From an uncultured virus (IMG/VR IMGVR_UViG_3300028048_003162) (taxonomy: Duplodnaviria > Heunggongvirae > Uroviricota > Caudoviricetes), in IMG/VR virus record IMGVR_UViG_3300028048_003162: a DNA stretch of 64,000 nt. One strand, written 5' to 3'. Shown one piece after another: positions 48,471 to 57,588 of the stretch (position 1 is the first letter of the stretch; every line of letters begins with the position of its first letter). The notes below the pieces were generated by a model. That model made no database searches, was not told where the DNA came from, and was given only the letters and a program-made list of their open reading frames with translations. A program made the position numbers and the translations under genes.

Positions 48471-49262
48471 ATGAAGAAAAAAGTAATTAGTGCATTGTTA
48501 GTTTCTTGTTTGCTTGCAACTCTGATTACTGGCTGCGGTTCAGGTGATGGTTCAGACATTAGTTCAATGTCTAAGTCACAGTTGAGACAGGCATATACAG
48601 ACTTGAGTAATCAATACAATGACTTGGCTAATCAGTACGACGACTTAAATATTAAGTATACTGGTCTTCAAAGCGAGGATGATACAACACCTGTTATTTC
48701 AGCTACAGGAGATGGAAGTGGCTCACGACTTACGTTTAATTCAGTGGACAGCAAGATTATTTTCCCTTCAACATTTGAATATCCTGGTGCAGTTCAGGCA
48801 GCATCAAGTGGAAAGGTTTCAATCATTGATGGTGTTGAGTGTACACCTGGTTCAAATTGGATTTGCAAGTTGAATGGGTCATCACTTGAACTTGAGAACA
48901 CGGCTGGAATAAGTGGTACCATTAAAGTTGGAACACAGAGTTACCTGTACACAGCTGATGAACTTAAGTCAGATGTAATTAAGCCTTGGTTTGATGGATT
49001 ACCTCAGGGAACCTTAACATATAACAGTGTGTTTGTTGCTCAACAGGCAATGGGAATACAGGCTAGCACACCAACAACAATTGATAGTGAGAATGCTTAC
49101 TTAAGGTGTGGAATGGTTGGCTATGGAGATAAATGTGTGACTTACATATTTGTTTATAGGGGAGATCAAGATGCATCTAAAGATGAGAGTATTACAAACT
49201 TATTAAATTCAGTTACAATTGATGGTGATCAGATGCAGTGTAATCAGACAGATAGTCAGTAA
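48471..49262 (+). CDS. Lipoprotein with short coiled coil
   Basis: Start moved to ATG 48471 (GGAGG RBS); MKKK + hydrophobic segment + ITGC lipobox. Confidence 0.8.
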   Translation: MKKKVISALLVSCLLATLITGCGSGDGSDISSMSKSQLRQAYTDLSNQYNDLANQYDDLNIKYTGLQSEDDTTPVISATGDGSGSRLTFNSVDSKIIFPSTFEYPGAVQAASSGKVSIIDGVECTPGSNWICKLNGSSLELENTAGISGTIKVGTQSYLYTADELKSDVIKPWFDGLPQGTLTYNSVFVAQQAMGIQASTPTTIDSENAYLRCGMVGYGDKCVTYIFVYRGDQDASKDESITNLLNSVTIDGDQMQCNQTDSQ

Positions 49263-49286
49263 AATAAAGCATACAGAAAATAAAGA

Positions 49287-49356
49287 AAGACCAATACATG
49301 ATAGAGATTGACACTAAAGAATGATGGGGTGGTAAAATTTATCATGTATTGGTCTT
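49287..49356. repeat. Perfect 17-bp inverted repeat enclosing a promoter-like 36-bp core
   Basis: AAGACCAATACATGATA (49287-49303) / TATCATGTATTGGTCTT (49340-49356); core holds TTGACA (49308) and TGgTAAAAT (49330-49338). Confidence 0.8.
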
Positions 49357-49413
49357 AATTTATGTCATTTAGATATGTTAAAATGTATTTTAATTATATT
49401 TTAAGGAGATTGT

Positions 49414-50412
49414 ATGGAGAAAGAGATAGACATTGACAAAACTTTTGACAGCGCTTTTGATAGTTTTGGAATGGAAACAGAGAACATTGAGAGTACAGGA
49501 GATAAGCTTAAGGTTGAAGCAAAAGACAATGGAATTGAGACTTTTGGTTTAGAGAATAGATCAAAAGATCGTGGAAAATTGTTTTATGGGCTTACAGATT
49601 ATGATAGACAGCAGGCAGTTGATGAGTTTATTGTGCCTATGGCATATAAGAATGCAACATTCGACATTGATGCAATTAAGCAAAACTTGAAGGCTCAATG
49701 GATTAAGCATGGAAAAATTGATACAGTACACAAGTTTAAGCAATATACACAGGTATGTAATGAAATACTTTCATGTGTACGTATGAAAATGTTACCTCAA
49801 CGTAGTTACTTGATTGGTGCACCTAATGGCTTTGGTAAGACAAGCTTTGTAAATGAGTGTTTAATCACCTTAAGGAAACAAGGATACAGGGTTGTGCCTT
49901 ATATTTCATTATGGGAATTAGCTCAATTACGTGTAGAGAATGAGCAGAGAATAATGAGACCTTACAAGACCTTTACAGTAAGTGACACTGATAAGGGAGA
50001 AAAGGTCCTGTATCATGAACCTAAAAGACTAGATAAAGACACTAAATTTGATAAGAGACCTGAAATTGTGACAGGACGCTTTAGTTATAGTGAATATGTC
50101 AATGCAGATTGTTTGTTTGTACACTTTTCAGATATTTCTAGCAAGGAGATTGAGTCACATGCACTATATCAGGTGCTTAGCATCAGGGGGTCTAAAGGGT
50201 TACCTACAATAGTGATGTTGTCAACATCACTGAAGGCATATGAGGCAGATGCTAAATTGAAAGAATACATCTGGAATGAGATTGTGGCATGTGACGAAAG
50301 AAAGAACTGCTTTGATAGAGTTTATCATGTTTCATGTTATAAACTTAGAGACATTGAGAGTAAGATGAGTACAAAGAATAAACTTGATAAAGACACAGGA
50401 ATTGTAGACTAG
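49414..50412 (+). CDS. DnaC/IstB-like AAA+ ATPase (helicase-loader-like)
   Basis: VPMAYKNATFD, YLIGAPNGFGKTS, YRVVPYISLWEL, LYQVLSIRGSKGLPTIVMLST; Walker B degenerate. Confidence 0.65.
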   Translation: MEKEIDIDKTFDSAFDSFGMETENIESTGDKLKVEAKDNGIETFGLENRSKDRGKLFYGLTDYDRQQAVDEFIVPMAYKNATFDIDAIKQNLKAQWIKHGKIDTVHKFKQYTQVCNEILSCVRMKMLPQRSYLIGAPNGFGKTSFVNECLITLRKQGYRVVPYISLWELAQLRVENEQRIMRPYKTFTVSDTDKGEKVLYHEPKRLDKDTKFDKRPEIVTGRFSYSEYVNADCLFVHFSDISSKEIESHALYQVLSIRGSKGLPTIVMLSTSLKAYEADAKLKEYIWNEIVACDERKNCFDRVYHVSCYKLRDIESKMSTKNKLDKDTGIVD

Positions 50413-50463
50413 TAGGCATGGGGAAATAAAGAGATATAGAGAAAGGGCACGGGAAATTGAAAA

Positions 50464-50751
50464 ATGATTGATAGGAATGAGCATGTGAGATGCAGTTGGT
50501 GTTATGGAGTATCACCTTTGGGTGACTGGAATGACTTGACATATAGTCAATGTACAAATAGAGAAATGAAGAGAGCATTCACACCTTTGATGCAGGAAAA
50601 GGCGTTTATGCGGAAAAGTGATACATATTATATATGTCCGAAATGCAGTAAATGGAGCAGAGGAAGTCAGTTGAGAATTGTAGATACAGAGGATAAAAGA
50701 CTTCTAAAATTAGGCGGAGATACAGTATTTACAGAGTTGGGCAAGAAATAA
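50464..50751 (+). CDS. Small zinc-binding protein
   Basis: CSWC and CPKC pairs. Confidence 0.7.
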   Translation: MIDRNEHVRCSWCYGVSPLGDWNDLTYSQCTNREMKRAFTPLMQEKAFMRKSDTYYICPKCSKWSRGSQLRIVDTEDKRLLKLGGDTVFTELGKK

Positions 50752-50810
50752 GAGGAATATTACAAGATTAACAATTAAGATACATTGGCAGATAAAGGTT
50801 TATTCAGTTG

Positions 50811-50900
50811 GACTAGTTGGGTGTTTACTCAACTAGTTTTTATTTTGCATTGAACAAGTTTATAGGGTTTAGACTAGTTTTGAACTAGCACGGACTAGTT
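50811..50900. repeat. Array of ACTAGT palindromes; the first two form a terminator hairpin
   Basis: ACTAGT at 50812, 50832, 50873, 50894; variants ACAAGT 50854 and ACTAGC 50884. Confidence 0.7.
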
Positions 50901-51032
50901 TTTAGAAATCTGAGTACAATAAAAGGAATCATAAATTACAATTAGTTGACATTTTTACTATGCATGTCACACTGCATTAGGTGTAATTTGAAAGTACAAT
51001 TAAAAAATTAAAAATAGAGGAGGTTTGCAATT

Positions 51033-51971
51033 ATGTATAATCCTAATATAATATATAGTGTGACAGGTAGATATATGGACGGACAGAAAATTGTGGCTTA
51101 TCATCTTGTGGGTAGCGATGGTAGTCAGGAGGCTGCAACTAAAGATCGTGTATCTTGGTTAATAGGTAGGAACATGATAGACAATATGAAAATTCAGGCT
51201 GGCAGTAATGGAAATATTATACTTAGAGGTAAGGGCATTAACTTAAGTAAATTACCAGTGTTTGATATGAACAAGCAGGAATTTAGAAATAATCAGGCAT
51301 CAGTAGAGGTTGCTAACAGTAATGTTTCAACTAAAAAGAGCAATGTACCTTATGCAAATGCAATGGGTCAATTTGAGATTGTCAAGAGAATTATGTTTAA
51401 GAACAAGTGTATTGGTTATGAGTTGCATGATAGAAATGGTAAGCACTATAGAAAAAGACGTCAGGAAGTATTAAAACTTGCAGTTGGAAAATTGATATGC
51501 AATGCAGGAGTTCAGAAGTATACAGATAAAAATTCTGGAGAGACAGTGCTGATTCTTCGTGGGGCAGGTACAGATTTAAGTAAGTTGCCTATCCTGATTG
51601 TAAATGACAATGGAATGATTTATGATCCTAGTAAAGCTAGCAATGATTTAACAGTGCGTGGAGCATATATGAAATCTAATGGCATTGTAAGAGATGGAGA
51701 AGGACATAGCTTAAAGTTTAGGGCAGGAGAGTTTATAATCTGCAATGCAGATGGAAAGGTTAGCATTGTAGGTAATGAAGAGGCAAAGAGAAAGTACACT
51801 ACAAAGACAGATTGTGCATCAGCAGTATGTGATGATTACTTAAGCAATATTTCTAAATACTCTATTGAGATATTTGGAAATTCTCCAATTTCACTTTCTG
51901 CAGGAATGGTAAAGAGATGGACAATACTTAAACCTGTATGTCATAGTGATAAAAATATAGCAATGCGATAG
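51033..51971 (+). CDS. Hypothetical protein with internal duplication (two LRGxGxxLSKLP domains)
   Basis: IILRGKGINLSKLPVF and LILRGAGTDLSKLPIL; GAGGAGG RBS. Confidence 0.8.
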   Translation: MYNPNIIYSVTGRYMDGQKIVAYHLVGSDGSQEAATKDRVSWLIGRNMIDNMKIQAGSNGNIILRGKGINLSKLPVFDMNKQEFRNNQASVEVANSNVSTKKSNVPYANAMGQFEIVKRIMFKNKCIGYELHDRNGKHYRKRRQEVLKLAVGKLICNAGVQKYTDKNSGETVLILRGAGTDLSKLPILIVNDNGMIYDPSKASNDLTVRGAYMKSNGIVRDGEGHSLKFRAGEFIICNADGKVSIVGNEEAKRKYTTKTDCASAVCDDYLSNISKYSIEIFGNSPISLSAGMVKRWTILKPVCHSDKNIAMR

Positions 51972-51991
51972 TTTATGGGCTTATAAGGAAT

Positions 51992-52039
51992 GAGTGGTAT
52001 GTCATGGGTATTAAAATATGTATGGCATATCACTTTTTC
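51992..52039 (+). terminator. Rho-independent terminator
   Basis: GAGTGGTATGTCAT/ATGGCATATCACTT stem plus T run. Confidence 0.65.
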
Positions 52040-52536
52040 TATGTCTGCATATCTGCTAGAGCATTACTAAAAATCAGCTAAGCAGTAGGGCTATTTTCTA
52101 CAATTTTTAAGAAAGCGAATCCTTTGTGATAAAATTAAGGTGGAGAAAATCAATCACAACAACTAATCAAAAATGGTAAGATCTACATATGGTTTCAGGT
52201 GCTATGCAGTGGGGTCAAAATCGCTATAGGCATTAGGGGTTCCAAAATTTAGTAATTTTCACAAGAAAATTTTGGAATTTTGGAAAATTAGGGTGTGGAA
52301 GTAGGGAAGTTTTACTATTTTAACAACTATAGTACAAGATTGAAAAATTTGCTAGCATAAGAATGAAAATCAGGTCATATGCCTGCTCTTTTGTAAAATT
52401 GATCAGCATTAAATTAAAAATTGTTTATGAGACATACATTTTTTCTCAAGTTTTGGACTTGTTTAACTACATATGATTATAAATAATTGTAATTATTTTA
52501 TTTTTATAAAGTTTAAGATAGGAGGTTGTTAGAGCA

Positions 52537-54600
52537 GTGGCTAAAAAGAAGGGTAGCAGAGGCATGAAGCGTCTGCGTGACGAACAACAGGTTAGACAGA
52601 GACCTGGAGTCATCTTTGGTACAAACGATGAGCAGGGTGCATTAAATGGTATCAATGAGATTGTTGATAACTCCATTGATGAGGCTAGAGAAGGACATGG
52701 AAGTGTCATCAATTATACAGTGGAGCGTGGTGAGGGTGATATCAAGAGTGCAGAGGGTAAACAGGCAGACATCTTCACTATTGAGGATCAGGGACGTGGA
52801 TTGCCTATGGATTGGAATGAGGACGAGGAGATGTATGATTGGGAGCTCGCCTTATGTACAATGTATGCATCTGGAAAATACGACAGCGAGCAGTACACTC
52901 AATCATTAGGCTTAAATGGTTTAGGTTTAACATCTATGCAGTACGCTTCATCATTTATGGATGTTTATTCAGCATATGATGATAAACTTCACTACATGCA
53001 CTTTGAGAAAGGTAGACCTGTAGGAGAAATGAAAGTTACACCTTTACCTGAAGAGTACAAAGGAAAGACAGGCACTAGAATTAGATTTCAGCCTGACGTA
53101 GAAGTATTTCCTGCATTGAGACATAAAGATATACTTCCTGAAATTATTCTTATTTCATTAAGAAAACAGGCTATGCAGATCGCAGGTTTAACTATCAACT
53201 TTACTCATTACAGTTACAATCATACAGTAACCTTATGTTACAATGGTGGTATCATTGAGTACATTGATAGTTTAACAGATAAGCTTATGCTTAATAAGAC
53301 TGTTTATTTTGAGGACAGTGCAGTTGGTACAGATGATCCTGTGGCAATGCCAGAGGAATACACTGTAAATATGAAGATGGCATTTAACTTCTCAAGAGGA
53401 CTTGGAGAGAATGGAAACTCCATTGGTGTAATTGAGATCTATCATAACTCATCTCATATGTTCGAGGGTGGAACAACAGTGCAGGGTTTTGAAAAAGGAA
53501 TCACACAGGCATTTACAGATGTGGCTAAGGCAATGGGTAAAATTGGTAAGTCAGAGAGATTTGTTTACAGTGATATTGCTGATATCATGCTGTGTGTTTG
53601 TATGACAGGTGCTCCTGGTTTTAGGACATCATTTAAGAACCAGACAAAGGGAGCAATTACAAATCCATTTATTGGTAAAGCATTTGCACAATTCGTCTAC
53701 GATAAAATGAGATACTGGCTTGAGCAAAATCAGACAGTTGCAGGTAAGATTGTGAATGAGGTAGTTACTAATAAGAAAGCACGTGAAGAGGGTGCAGAGG
53801 TTAGTAAGAAAGTCATTAACAAGTTATCCAAAGCAGTTTCGTTTGGAAATAAACCTAAGGATTTCAAGGATTGCTCTACTAAAATTATTCGTGACAGAGA
53901 GCTCTACATCGTGGAAGGACGTTCAGCATTGGGTTCAGTTAAGTTAGCATGTAATCCTAAGTTTCAGGCAGTATTGCCTTTACGTGGTAAACCTATTAAC
54001 TGCCTCAAAGAAAAACTTTCACGCGTACTGAATAATGAAGTAATCACTGATTTATACAGAGTATTACAGTGTGGAATTGAAGCAAAGAGTGATTATATTG
54101 ATAACTTACCTAAGTTTGATATTCTCAAGCTTAACTGGGGTAAGATAATCATTTGTACTGATGCAGACGTGGATGGTATGCATATCAGATGTTTGTTGAT
54201 ACTTATGTTCTTAATTCTGTCACCATCTCTTATTAAGTATGGTAAGGTTTATATTGCAGAGACTCCTTTGTTTGAGATCAGTTGGAAAAAAGAAAAGAGA
54301 TCAAGATTTGCATTTAACGACGCTGAAAAAGAAGCAGTGCTCAATGACTTATATGCACTTGGCGCTAACGATAAGGATATTACAGTACAGAGATCAAAAG
54401 GACTTGGTGAGAATGACCCTGAAATGATGTCTGAATCTACAATGAATCCTTTAACAAGACGTCTGGTTCCTGTGGAGTATCCTGATGGAGGGGATGAGCA
54501 GATGATGCATGATTTATTAAATGCATTACTTGGTGATGACATTGAGTCACGTAGAGAATTGATTGAGCAGTACTTTGAAATGATTGACGAGGCTGAATAA
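52537..54600 (+). CDS. Type IIA DNA topoisomerase subunit B (GyrB/ParE family)
   Basis: VRQRPG, EIVDNSIDE, DQGRGLP, GLNGLG, FKNQTK, VEGRSA, PLRGK, TDADVDGMHI, KGLGEN. Confidence 0.95.
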   Translation: MAKKKGSRGMKRLRDEQQVRQRPGVIFGTNDEQGALNGINEIVDNSIDEAREGHGSVINYTVERGEGDIKSAEGKQADIFTIEDQGRGLPMDWNEDEEMYDWELALCTMYASGKYDSEQYTQSLGLNGLGLTSMQYASSFMDVYSAYDDKLHYMHFEKGRPVGEMKVTPLPEEYKGKTGTRIRFQPDVEVFPALRHKDILPEIILISLRKQAMQIAGLTINFTHYSYNHTVTLCYNGGIIEYIDSLTDKLMLNKTVYFEDSAVGTDDPVAMPEEYTVNMKMAFNFSRGLGENGNSIGVIEIYHNSSHMFEGGTTVQGFEKGITQAFTDVAKAMGKIGKSERFVYSDIADIMLCVCMTGAPGFRTSFKNQTKGAITNPFIGKAFAQFVYDKMRYWLEQNQTVAGKIVNEVVTNKKAREEGAEVSKKVINKLSKAVSFGNKPKDFKDCSTKIIRDRELYIVEGRSALGSVKLACNPKFQAVLPLRGKPINCLKEKLSRVLNNEVITDLYRVLQCGIEAKSDYIDNLPKFDILKLNWGKIIICTDADVDGMHIRCLLILMFLILSPSLIKYGKVYIAETPLFEISWKKEKRSRFAFNDAEKEAVLNDLYALGANDKDITVQRSKGLGENDPEMMSESTMNPLTRRLVPVEYPDGGDEQMMHDLLNALLGDDIESRRELIEQYFEMIDEAE

Positions 54601-54643
54601 AATAAGGCAAGCAGGGATAAAGCATATCATGTAGTAATGAGAG

Positions 54644-54677
54644 AGGGGCTAGTCAGAAATAGACTGGTCCCTTTTTT
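54644..54677 (+). terminator. Rho-independent terminator
   Basis: AGGGGCTAGTC/GACTGGTCCCT stem plus T run. Confidence 0.8.
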
Positions 54678-54732
54678 GGTGCATAAGATACAAAAGAAAG
54701 TAATAAATTGTTTATTTTAGGAGGTTTTTTGA

Positions 54733-55698
54733 ATGAGTTGGCTGATGCAGGGTAATAGTGGAAGACTACAATATAATTGTGATCAGATACCTGATGGAAT
54801 GTTTATAGACGCAACATTAGTAAGAGAACTCTGTAAAATAAAGCTAATGACACGTCAGGAGAGAAGGAGCATGGGGGCAGGTTGTCCTGATGTTCAAGTA
54901 CAGAGCATATTGGGTGGAAGAAAAAACATTACAAGAGAAGAGTTAAGCAGGGATTATAAATTGTTCAACGGTCAACAAGTGAAAATGAAATTTCTAAGAA
55001 CAGACAAGCAGTATAATGTGTTTAGACTCTGTGAGGAAGATTATAAGATACTTAAGGTGCCAGATAACGACATAGTAAGTTTTAGAGGTCAGCAGAGACA
55101 GAGTGGTGGATCATTTGTAATTTGTAAGGCAAACGATAATGGTACACCTGATAAAAGCACACTGCATGTAATTTCAGCAAAGATATTTAGGAAAGCATTT
55201 GTAATTCCAGAAAATGAGCATATAAAAGGAGCAGTTGCACGTAGAAAAGCAGGAATTGCACAGAAAAGGTTTAATCCTTACATGTACAAACCTATTAGAA
55301 AGCATAGCAGTGTGATGGATATACAGCCTGATATACCTGCTTCAGCATTTCAGAATTTTAGTAATAACGCTGGAAATAATGGAGTTGTAGGGGCAAAATC
55401 TATGGGTAGACCAGTAGGAAATAATATGGCTGGCACAGCTGTAATGAGTGACAGCAAGTATAGGTTTACTGTTACACATCAGATAATGAGTGTGAATGAC
55501 CCTAATAAACAGATAGGCTTTGTAGTAAAAGAGTTAAGTACAGGTAAAGTTAAGAACTTGCCTATAAGTAGTGTGGTTAAGCTTTGTGAATCAAAGGTAG
55601 TGGACAATGTAATGATTGTTACTAAACAGAGTACAGGCTTAAGGTTCTTAAAGGGAAATGGAATAGTACTTAAAAATTTACCTAAAGTACTTAATTAA
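54733..55698 (+). CDS. Hypothetical protein sharing the LxGxGxxLxxLP domain with 51033..51971
   Basis: C-terminal RFLKGNGIVLKNLPKV; GGAGG RBS. Confidence 0.75.
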   Translation: MSWLMQGNSGRLQYNCDQIPDGMFIDATLVRELCKIKLMTRQERRSMGAGCPDVQVQSILGGRKNITREELSRDYKLFNGQQVKMKFLRTDKQYNVFRLCEEDYKILKVPDNDIVSFRGQQRQSGGSFVICKANDNGTPDKSTLHVISAKIFRKAFVIPENEHIKGAVARRKAGIAQKRFNPYMYKPIRKHSSVMDIQPDIPASAFQNFSNNAGNNGVVGAKSMGRPVGNNMAGTAVMSDSKYRFTVTHQIMSVNDPNKQIGFVVKELSTGKVKNLPISSVVKLCESKVVDNVMIVTKQSTGLRFLKGNGIVLKNLPKVLN

Positions 55699-55724
55699 AA
55701 CAGAAAGGCATGGGAGGTATTAAA

Positions 55725-56345
55725 ATGGTTACTTTATCAGGGGCGTTTAGTTGCATAGACAATATGCACATGGACGTGGCAGGGTCTTTGAAAGCACAGG
55801 GAATTACAAATGCAACAGTGATGCCTTTGTACAATAAATATGGAATAAAGGTATTAAACTCTTGCTGCATGGGTGCAATCTTTGACAATATGGAAGAGGC
55901 AAGTACAGTTATGAATCTGGCAGTTGGAATTGGTGCAGTGGTAGTACAAGTATTTGCACTAGGAAATCCGAATATGGTCTTTCAGCAAATGTTACTAACT
56001 TATGATCCTAGTAATGGTGCAATGGTATTTAGTGAGGACTGTCCTAACATGGTAGACATGTGTATTGGAAATGGTGGACTTGCAGTTGATTTGGGTAGGT
56101 CATTGGAATTGGTAGATATAGACTTACCTAATATTGATGTAGAGTCAGAGGCAGGAGTTAACTTGATTTGCGGTGCATTTAGGGATGAGTTTATCAACGC
56201 AGCAGAAGAGGATTTAGGCAGCTGTAATATAGGTTTAAGACCTTGGGAAGATATTGGACAGTATGCAGAGATCATGCATAATTCAGGTGAGTACATAAGG
56301 ATTCAGAGACAGAGAAAATTAAATTATGGTGCAATCATAAATTGA
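55725..56345 (+). CDS. Hypothetical protein
   Basis: Start moved to ATG 55725 (GGGAGGT RBS). Confidence 0.7.
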   Translation: MVTLSGAFSCIDNMHMDVAGSLKAQGITNATVMPLYNKYGIKVLNSCCMGAIFDNMEEASTVMNLAVGIGAVVVQVFALGNPNMVFQQMLLTYDPSNGAMVFSEDCPNMVDMCIGNGGLAVDLGRSLELVDIDLPNIDVESEAGVNLICGAFRDEFINAAEEDLGSCNIGLRPWEDIGQYAEIMHNSGEYIRIQRQRKLNYGAIIN

Positions 56346-56439
56346 TTATAATAGATGCACAGGAAAGTAAAAATAAACAGGATATATAAAAGGAGGACAG
56401 ATAAAATAAATAGAGACATTTAGTAGGAGGAAACAGACA

Positions 56440-57363
56440 TTGAAAATTTTAGCAAAGGCAGCTGCAACTAAAGAGCAGTTACAGGGTAAGGTAGATGCTA
56501 AGGCATCTGGAATTGAAATTCAACTATTATCAGAGTTGGTGGATGGAAAGGTAGGACAGTATCATTTTGCTGATGAGGTCTTTGACCTTGATATGATAAA
56601 GCAATATGATGTATATGTGGTACATGCACCAATCTTGTCAATGTATGGTTTATCTGATGTTAACATTGAGGATATGACTAATACACAGGATTTTAAGTTG
56701 ATTGACCAGATATTTTATATTGCAAACACTATAGGGGAGTATCATAACAGAAGGACAATTATTGTTGTGCACTCTGAAATGTCAAGGGATAAAATGATTG
56801 GACTCGGTGATACATGGAAAACATTAATGAATTCTGTAGGTTGCTTATTGATGAAGTATCCTTACACTGAAATGGCAATTGAGAACATTACACCTTTGAG
56901 AAATGCACATTCAAATCCTTTGTGGCTGTCAAATAATTTCAAGTTTGACAATGTAGTGATGGCACGTGAGTTAAGAAAGCAACTTAGGACAGATAGAGTA
57001 GGTACAGTGTTGGATTTATGCCATGCACGAATTACAGAAATGTACATGAAAGCAATTTATGATGTACTTGGGGATGAATGTGAGGACTATTCACTTGATG
57101 CATATTTTAGGGAAAATGCAGATGTGATTAAATTGATACATGCGGCTGATATGAAGGGCGAAGGATTTGGAAAGGGTAAGCATGGAACACCTTTTGAGGA
57201 CACACCAGAGAGCATTGCTCAATTAAGAAAGTTCATTGAATTGTATAGGAAATACGATTACAGTTGCTTGGTTACACTTGAGGTAGCAGAGACAGACTTT
57301 ATCAAGAGTGATGGGTACATACAGTCAAATGAATTATTACTTAGGGAACTAAAGAGAAAATAG
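56440..57363 (+). CDS. Xylose-isomerase-like / AP endonuclease 2 TIM-barrel protein
   Basis: GIEIQL, VVHAP, MAIEN, TVLDLCHA, LIHAAD, KHG, VTLEV metal-binding motifs. Confidence 0.8.
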   Translation: MKILAKAAATKEQLQGKVDAKASGIEIQLLSELVDGKVGQYHFADEVFDLDMIKQYDVYVVHAPILSMYGLSDVNIEDMTNTQDFKLIDQIFYIANTIGEYHNRRTIIVVHSEMSRDKMIGLGDTWKTLMNSVGCLLMKYPYTEMAIENITPLRNAHSNPLWLSNNFKFDNVVMARELRKQLRTDRVGTVLDLCHARITEMYMKAIYDVLGDECEDYSLDAYFRENADVIKLIHAADMKGEGFGKGKHGTPFEDTPESIAQLRKFIELYRKYDYSCLVTLEVAETDFIKSDGYIQSNELLLRELKRK

Positions 57364-57402
57364 AGAAGTCTGGTGAGTATAAATTTAATACATAGATAAT
57401 AT

Positions 57403-57441
57403 AAGAATATGCTGTTGGAATTAAACTGACAGCATTTTCTT
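57403..57441 (+). terminator. Hairpin / probable terminator
   Basis: AAGAATATGCTGT/ACAGCATTTTCTT. Confidence 0.5.
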
Positions 57442-57588
57442 ATGCTAATTGCAGTAGGGGTAAATTTTTAGCATATGAGTAATAGGGTTTAACAGTTAAA
57501 AATATTTGAGTACATATTTACCTGCATTTGTATATAAATAAGAAAATTATTTTTATTATTAAAGAAAGAAAAGGAGATAGAGTAGGAC

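Noticed and set aside
51972..52536. tRNA or known structured RNA in the longest intergenic gap
   Set aside because: No cloverleaf, T-loop or recognisable riboswitch consensus by eye; an Rfam search would be needed.
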